A DNA stretch of 35,262 bases from an uncultured Nitrososphaerota archaeon (GTDB taxonomy: Archaea; Asgardarchaeota; Njordarchaeia; Njordarchaeales; Panguiarchaeaceae), in contig CAZWPQ010000017.1 of the NCBI GenBank assembly GCA_964636085.1, forward strand, positions 1 through 35,262, in the 5' to 3' direction. Shown here one piece after another: positions 29,756 through 35,262 of this stretch. The first letter of the stretch is position 1; each line of letters starts with the position of its first letter. A program made the translations under genes and the position numbers. The notes below the pieces were generated by a model that ran no database searches, was not told the origin of the DNA, and saw only the letters and a list, made by a program, of their open reading frames with translations.

Positions 29756-31450
29756 CTATTGGCTAAGGTAGTTCCTATAGTATTGTTGGTATATTTGGCT
29801 CTTCTCGAGTTTCTTTATGTCTCTTCTATACTTTATTTTTGGGCCTATTGTATCCTCGCCATATAGCCTGGCCCATTTTTCGAGCGGTATGCCGTATTGT
29901 TTCTGTATTTTATCCCTATATATGTGGGGTAGTACATTAAAGGCGCAGAATGGTATTAGTCTTTTGTCTGGTGTTAGGTAATGTATGTTGCATCTCATTA
30001 CCCTCTGGACGTCATAATTGTATGGATCCATGAAGTGCATCATTCCGATATACAGCATCTTATAGTGGAAGTCGCCTAGTGCAGAATAGTTCCTCTTGAT
30101 AAATATTCTCCTGACCAATTTCTTCATACCTAGTTCTTTTGGTGCCTTGGAGTAATCAATGAACTTGCCTAGCCTCCACAAAAGGGACAGCGCGACCCTT
30201 ATCTTTCTCAGTTTTCTCCTTATGCCCCTAGATGCCTCCAGATACTCTGCTTTTTCCTCGAGATAATCATATAGCGCCTCCACATCTATAAATTCTGTTA
30301 TCGGCGTGTAGCCCTCGACTATCTTTCTCCCATTTACCTTCTTTATATGAGGATATACATAGGTAGCTGCACCACATACAGGATCATTCACCATGACCAA
30401 CTGTGGCTTGCCACTAAAGGCCTCCATAAAGTGCGATATTGCGTATGTCCAGGGGACTGGATACCAAGCTTCCCTCCCTATTTGCCCATCGGTCTGTTTT
30501 TCGATCAGTTTTATGACGTCAGGTATTGTTATTCTTAGTTTTTCTCTTTGATCCCTAGGAACACTACCAGTTATAGATATTGGCTGGAGGTTTATTCCTC
30601 TTACAACCTCCATGTTTTCGGCGGCAAAACTAATGATCTTTCCTAATTCGTCAGTATTGTAGTTGTTTATTACTGTTGGTACAAAAACAACACTTGTCAT
30701 TCCACCCCTCTTAAAGGCCTCCAATATATATGGTATTTCCCAATGATTCTTGGGGTTTGTTCTCGGGCTGACACCATCAAAACTTAGATACACAGTATTG
30801 ACTCCCGCCTTCCTAAGCCTACTTACATAATCCACAGCATCATCCATACCATTCTCGATCCATCTCCTAGCTATGGCGATCCCATTCGTATTTAGCTGAA
30901 TATGTGTTATACCCTCCTCCTTTATCCTTCTAATAAGCTCTACTAGGTCACTACGTAGAAGAGGCTCCCCACCAGTTAATTGGACAGCATTCGGAACCCA
31001 TGGGCGTTGCTTTCTCATCTCCCTTATCATCTCTATTATCTGCTCTATCGAGGGCTCATAAACAAACCCTGCTTTTTCTGCATAGAAGAAACAGTACCAA
31101 CATTGTAGGTCGCATCTATTTGTAGCCACTATATTGGCCAATGCGGTCTGGTTAAGATGTGCGGGGCAGAGACCACAGCTGAAGGGACAACCATTTTTGA
31201 ATTCTGTATTATGCCCACTAAACTTCCTGCCTTTTACCCTATACCTCTGAAACTTGTTGTAGAGCTCGACATCTCCCCAATATATTTCTGTTATCTCGCC
31301 ATGTTCGGGGCATTCACGTGTTATGTAGAGAGCACCATCTTTCTCGTATACAATGGCATCCAGTAGCTTAAAATCATACGGACAAAGCGATTTTGTTCTT
31401 TTAACTATTTTATACTCAGTCTTCTCCTCGACATACTGGGCTGTAGCCAT
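29756..31450 (-). CDS. tes: Radical SAM tetraether lipid synthase (Tes / GDGT-MAS homologue)
   Basis: TKSLCP...CPEHG rubredoxin-like site, GCPFSCGLCPAH, TNRCDLQCWYCF, QLTGGEP, MHFMDPYNYDVQRVMRCNIHY, IPFC. Confidence 0.85.
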   Translation of the reverse strand: MATAQYVEEKTEYKIVKRTKSLCPYDFKLLDAIVYEKDGALYITRECPEHGEITEIYWGDVELYNKFQRYRVKGRKFSGHNTEFKNGCPFSCGLCPAHLNQTALANIVATNRCDLQCWYCFFYAEKAGFVYEPSIEQIIEMIREMRKQRPWVPNAVQLTGGEPLLRSDLVELIRRIKEEGITHIQLNTNGIAIARRWIENGMDDAVDYVSRLRKAGVNTVYLSFDGVSPRTNPKNHWEIPYILEAFKRGGMTSVVFVPTVINNYNTDELGKIISFAAENMEVVRGINLQPISITGSVPRDQREKLRITIPDVIKLIEKQTDGQIGREAWYPVPWTYAISHFMEAFSGKPQLVMVNDPVCGAATYVYPHIKKVNGRKIVEGYTPITEFIDVEALYDYLEEKAEYLEASRGIRRKLRKIRVALSLLWRLGKFIDYSKAPKELGMKKLVRRIFIKRNYSALGDFHYKMLYIGMMHFMDPYNYDVQRVMRCNIHYLTPDKRLIPFCAFNVLPHIYRDKIQKQYGIPLEKWARLYGEDTIGPKIKYRRDIKKLEKSQIYQQYYRNYLSQ

Positions 31451-31543
31451 TTTGTATACCAAACTACTTGGAGGGAAAAATAGAAAGGCTGTGAAAAGGT
31501 AATATAAACAACAAAAAAAGCAAATTAAAAAGAAAAAATATTG

Positions 31544-32044
31544 TCATTCGAGTTCTGCAGAACCTGTGTCTATAGCACTCTTATATTCTAGGCTATACTT
31601 CCTGAGCTCATCAAGTACCCACTTGTTCTCTTTGATTAGTTTGTCTACAAGACTAAGGTACCTCGCAACTCTGACGGCCTCTGGAGTTATTCTTACGAGA
31701 TCTTTACCATTGACAACCACATAGTGCTCCTTCTCCACTTTCTTACCAAGTATATATATGGCCTCATTGACGGCTGCATGCAGAGTAAAACAGTGTGGGG
31801 AACCATCTATTGTGACGACCTTGATTTTCTTTGGGTTTGTTGATCTTATCATTGATGCTATCTTTCCATATACAAGCTGGCCCTTCTCCTCTGGACAGAA
31901 TTCTAGGATTATGCCCTCCTTGTTCAGTGATTTGTAGAGTTCAGGGTTTACATATTTTAGACATTCGCTACATATTATCCATACGGCATTCTTCAAGAAA
32001 TCAGTTTTTACCCAAAGACTCAAAACACTCGGCAATTCCCCCAC
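31544..32044 (-). CDS. Small Cys-containing putative Fe-S-binding protein co-oriented with thiC
   Basis: SEC, FCPE and DGSPHC motifs; starts 20 nt after the thiC stop. Confidence 0.65.
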   Translation of the reverse strand: MGELPSVLSLWVKTDFLKNAVWIICSECLKYVNPELYKSLNKEGIILEFCPEEKGQLVYGKIASMIRSTNPKKIKVVTIDGSPHCFTLHAAVNEAIYILGKKVEKEHYVVVNGKDLVRITPEAVRVARYLSLVDKLIKENKWVLDELRKYSLEYKSAIDTGSAELE

Positions 32045-32064
32045 CTGATACTAAGCATATTAAT

Positions 32065-33366
32065 CTATTCTATTTCCTCCCCTCTAATGATTTTTTCCAA
32101 AATAACATAGACACATAGAGGCCCGCACATAGTGCACCCTTTATCGCCAAAATCACCAAACTGTACATGAATCTTCTTAGAAAGCTCTGGCTCTATCGAC
32201 AATTTTATGACCCCCTTCCAATCCAATTTAGCCCTCGCCCTAGCAATCTTCAGATCCTTCTTCATGTACTTTCTACCATATTTTACCAGATCACCCGCAT
32301 GAGCGGCAATTCTAGCGGAGATAACACCAAGCTTTACTTGCTCTTCATTAGGCAGACTCAAATGCTCACTTGGCGTCAGATAGCATATAAAGTCAGCCCC
32401 TGCTGCAGCAGCTATAGCGGCCCCTATAGCAGCGGATATATGATCGTAAGGAGTAGAAATATCCGTAACTATTGGGCCTAGGACATAGTATGGTGCTCCT
32501 CTAGTAACACCTTTCTCTAGTTTTATGTCTGCAACAACCCTATCTAATGGTACGTGTCCCGGCCCCTCAACCATTGTCTGAACATTTGCTTCTCTTGCAC
32601 GATGTACTAGTTCTCCAAGCGTCACCATTTCTGCGAACTGGAAATAATCGTGGGCATCCACAATGGCTCCAGGTCTTAGAGCATCGCCAAGACTAATAAC
32701 AGCATCAAATTCTTGAAACATTTCGAGGATATAGTCGAAGTTTTTGTATAGTGGGTTTTCCTTCTTATGGTAGTACATCCAAGCGGCTAGGATTGCTCCT
32801 CCTCTACTCACAATCCCTGCGACTCTCTTAATTTTCCTCATCTTCATAACATGCTCCAGCCTTATTCCAGCATGTATAGTCATGAAGTCTACGCCATCCT
32901 TCAAATGTTTTTCTATGGACGATAAGAATTTATCCTCACTCATATAGACCGGGGCGCCCTCCTTTCTAACAGCCTCAATATATGCCTGATATATGGGGAC
33001 TGTTCCAAATGGGACTGAGCATAGAGATAGTAGTTCTCTCCTGATGGAATCTATATCCCCACCAGTGCTGAGATCCATAACTGTGTCGGTACCATACTTT
33101 ATGGCTACCTCCAACTTCCTTTTCTCCATCTCTAGATTATTCACAAACATTGACGTTCCAATATTAGCATTCACCTTCGTCCTCAATCCATATCCAATGC
33201 CCACAATATTTGCCGGATCCAGATTTTTTCTGGATAAATTCCTTGCGATAACAATCCTCCCACTAGCTACTCTTCTAAGAATCTTTCTTGGAGAAATCCT
33301 TTCTATTTTAGAGAGACTTTTTATCTCCTCTGTCACAACCCCACTCTTTGCGTCCTTCATTATCAT
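32065..33366 (-). CDS. thiC: Phosphomethylpyrimidine synthase ThiC
   Basis: TKVNANIGTS, DTVMDLSTGG, GTVPIYQ, DFMTIHAG, VSRGG, MVEGPGH, C-terminal CTMCGPLC. Confidence 0.95.
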   Translation of the reverse strand: MIMKDAKSGVVTEEIKSLSKIERISPRKILRRVASGRIVIARNLSRKNLDPANIVGIGYGLRTKVNANIGTSMFVNNLEMEKRKLEVAIKYGTDTVMDLSTGGDIDSIRRELLSLCSVPFGTVPIYQAYIEAVRKEGAPVYMSEDKFLSSIEKHLKDGVDFMTIHAGIRLEHVMKMRKIKRVAGIVSRGGAILAAWMYYHKKENPLYKNFDYILEMFQEFDAVISLGDALRPGAIVDAHDYFQFAEMVTLGELVHRAREANVQTMVEGPGHVPLDRVVADIKLEKGVTRGAPYYVLGPIVTDISTPYDHISAAIGAAIAAAAGADFICYLTPSEHLSLPNEEQVKLGVISARIAAHAGDLVKYGRKYMKKDLKIARARAKLDWKGVIKLSIEPELSKKIHVQFGDFGDKGCTMCGPLCVYVILEKIIRGEEIE

Positions 33367-33901
33367 TTTACTCTTCACCACAATAAAAAAGAAATTTGAG
33401 GCCATATTTTTGGGAATATATAGATAAAAAATCAACACACCCACTAATCTACCACATCATGGACTAGACACAGCCAAACAGAATAGCCTAAAAAATAGCA
33501 CCCATCCAGCCCCGATAAATCGACAAAAAAATCTATACAATGAAAACTGAGGCATTAGAAAGTTCTTCATATCCCCCTACTCTACGCTTACGAAGAATAT
33601 AGTACAGTAGTGAAGGATGCCCACGCAATATAGCGAGAATAACAAACAATGTAATAAAGGAGACTTCTTCTCAAGGCAACCACACGGGTCGGAGAGGCCA
33701 ATGCCATGCCCAACCTCATACTCATCATTGAACCTATAATCGGTATTCTCGTCGAAAGAGATAATATATGAACATACTACTCATGCCACTAGAATCATCA
33801 AAGCCAGAATTATCGCTCAACGGGTCTTAGACAATATGGAACCTACCAACTATGAGTCATACAATCATTATCTGTGTCTCCCAAGCCCAAATATGAAGCC
33901 G

Positions 33902-34645
33902 CTAGAATTTTTCTGTTTCTAGTATACTGATTATCTTATTGCGTAGGCCAGAAATCACGTCTGGAAAATCACTTGATAACATGTTTACGCCCATCACTAG
34001 CAGTCTCTTGGCCTCATTAATGTTGTTTACGACCCAAGCGTTCAAGATAATCCCTCTCCTCATCGATTTCTTCACCACATCCGCATCTATGGTATCCTTG
34101 TGCAGTGCAAGTATCCTAGCCCCATTCCTCAAAATCATGTCTAGCATATCAACACTAAATGATGTAGAAATAGCCATGAGGGGCAATTCATCATTTATCC
34201 TCCTCGCCCTAGACAAAGTCCTAATATTAAATGAGGCAATAATCGTCCGATCAACAATACCCATATCCTCCACACATCTAATAACCTCCTCCTCAATTCC
34301 CTCATCCTTAATCTCAATAATCAACCCAACATCCTCCCCACGAAGAAACTCTAGAGCCTCCTCCAGTGAGGGTATTTTTATACCACTATAGTCCCGCGAA
34401 AACCAGGATCCAGCATCAAGATGTTTTAACTCTAGAAGGGACATATCCCTCACATAACCACTACCATTGGTCGTCCTATCAACCCTTTCATCATGTATCA
34501 CTACAGGGATACCCTCCCTAGTAGATCTCACATCAAACTCAACAAAATCTACGCCATATCCAATAGCCACCTTAAAGGAAGGTATCGTATTCTCTGGAGC
34601 AAGACCAGCAGCCCCACGATGACCCACAATATAAAAATAGGCCAT
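33902..34645 (-). CDS. Glycerophosphodiester phosphodiesterase (GDPD/UgpQ-like)
   Basis: VGHRGAAGLAPENT, VEFDV, IHDERVDRTTNG, IEIK, SDFP. Confidence 0.95.
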   Translation of the reverse strand: MAYFYIVGHRGAAGLAPENTIPSFKVAIGYGVDFVEFDVRSTREGIPVVIHDERVDRTTNGSGYVRDMSLLELKHLDAGSWFSRDYSGIKIPSLEEALEFLRGEDVGLIIEIKDEGIEEEVIRCVEDMGIVDRTIIASFNIRTLSRARRINDELPLMAISTSFSVDMLDMILRNGARILALHKDTIDADVVKKSMRRGIILNAWVVNNINEAKRLLVMGVNMLSSDFPDVISGLRNKIISILETEKF

Positions 34646-34779
34646 ACATAACCACCAATATCAATGACAGAAAAACTAGCGAATATAAAAAATATTTTCA
34701 TGGCCAAATAGAAAAATCACTAGGAAAGTAAAAACCACAAACCCATCTGATAAGCCAAAAAGAGGCCAGCCTCATATTC

Positions 34780-35262
34780 CTAACTGTGTGTCTCCCGATG
34801 TTGTCTAGCAAGATGTCCCTTCCTCCTAACAATAAAGATTATGGGGATCGATATCCCCACAAGCAATAGTATTATTATTGTTATGGATATATGTCCCCCA
34901 GCTTCTGTCGATCCTATACATACCTGTATCATGGATGCATCCATATTCCCCGCCTTGTCGACGGCCAAAACTATGATATCATGACAGCCTGAATCCAATA
35001 CTAGTGTATAATTATGGGACAAACCAACATTGATACGCTCGATATGATCAACACAAATCTCAAAATGATCAAGCCCTATATTATCTGATGCATCCCACAA
35101 TATTACCACAGTATCCTCACCAACATAGGACACATTGACAGAGAGTATATGGGGCGGAACAGTATCCACAGTAAACACGACCTTGGAAAGACCAGTATTA
35201 CCTGCATAGTCAACAGCCCTAACATAGACAACATGAACACCATCACTAAGACCACTAAGAGT
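34780..35262 (-). CDS. 3' end of an Ig-repeat surface protein with C-terminal TM anchor (5' end outside the window)
   Basis: The frame is open to the window edge: TLSGLSDGVHVVYVRAVDYAGN...VDTVPP...AVDKAGN, then TM and RRK. Confidence 0.85.
   Translation of the reverse strand, partial: TLSGLSDGVHVVYVRAVDYAGNTGLSKVVFTVDTVPPHILSVNVSYVGEDTVVILWDASDNIGLDHFEICVDHIERINVGLSHNYTLVLDSGCHDIIVLAVDKAGNMDASMIQVCIGSTEAGGHISITIIILLLVGISIPIIFIVRRKGHLARQHRETHS

Noticed and set aside
33367-33901. TPP riboswitch upstream of thiC
   Set aside because: No CUGAGA or ACCUGA core motifs seen on the minus strand. The region looks like decayed coding sequence that I could not assign.

Overview
Archaeal chromosomal window. 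Evidence: a tetraether synthase Tes/GDGT-MAS homologue, GGTGA-type ribosome-binding sites and PIN/AbrB toxin-antitoxin genes. The MglA-like GTPase and the many C-terminally anchored Ig/beta-helix surface proteins would fit an Asgard/TACK-type thermophile, but that is inference only. The left ~2.9 kb is a mobile-element cluster. It begins with an IS110-family DEDD recombinase that runs off the window and is frameshifted at an A6 tract. Its upstream non-coding end holds a closed two-module RNA-like structure (bridge-RNA candidate) whose variable loop segments match neighbouring 22-bp hairpin-carrying repeats. Next comes a second, TIR-bounded ISNCY-like DDE element with two homopolymer frameshifts. 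The rest of the window holds four surface-protein genes plus one remnant, an MglA-like GTPase next to a bactofilin-like beta-solenoid gene, a DUF362 Fe-S protein, a CPBP protease, an intact VapBC pair, decayed TA-like genes, PfpI, a chrB-like pseudogene with an MFS transporter, a PAP2 plus glycosidase-like pair, GDT1, Tes, a ThiC pair and GDPD. No CRISPR array, tRNA or rRNA was seen. Family assignments come from motif recognition by eye, not from database searches.
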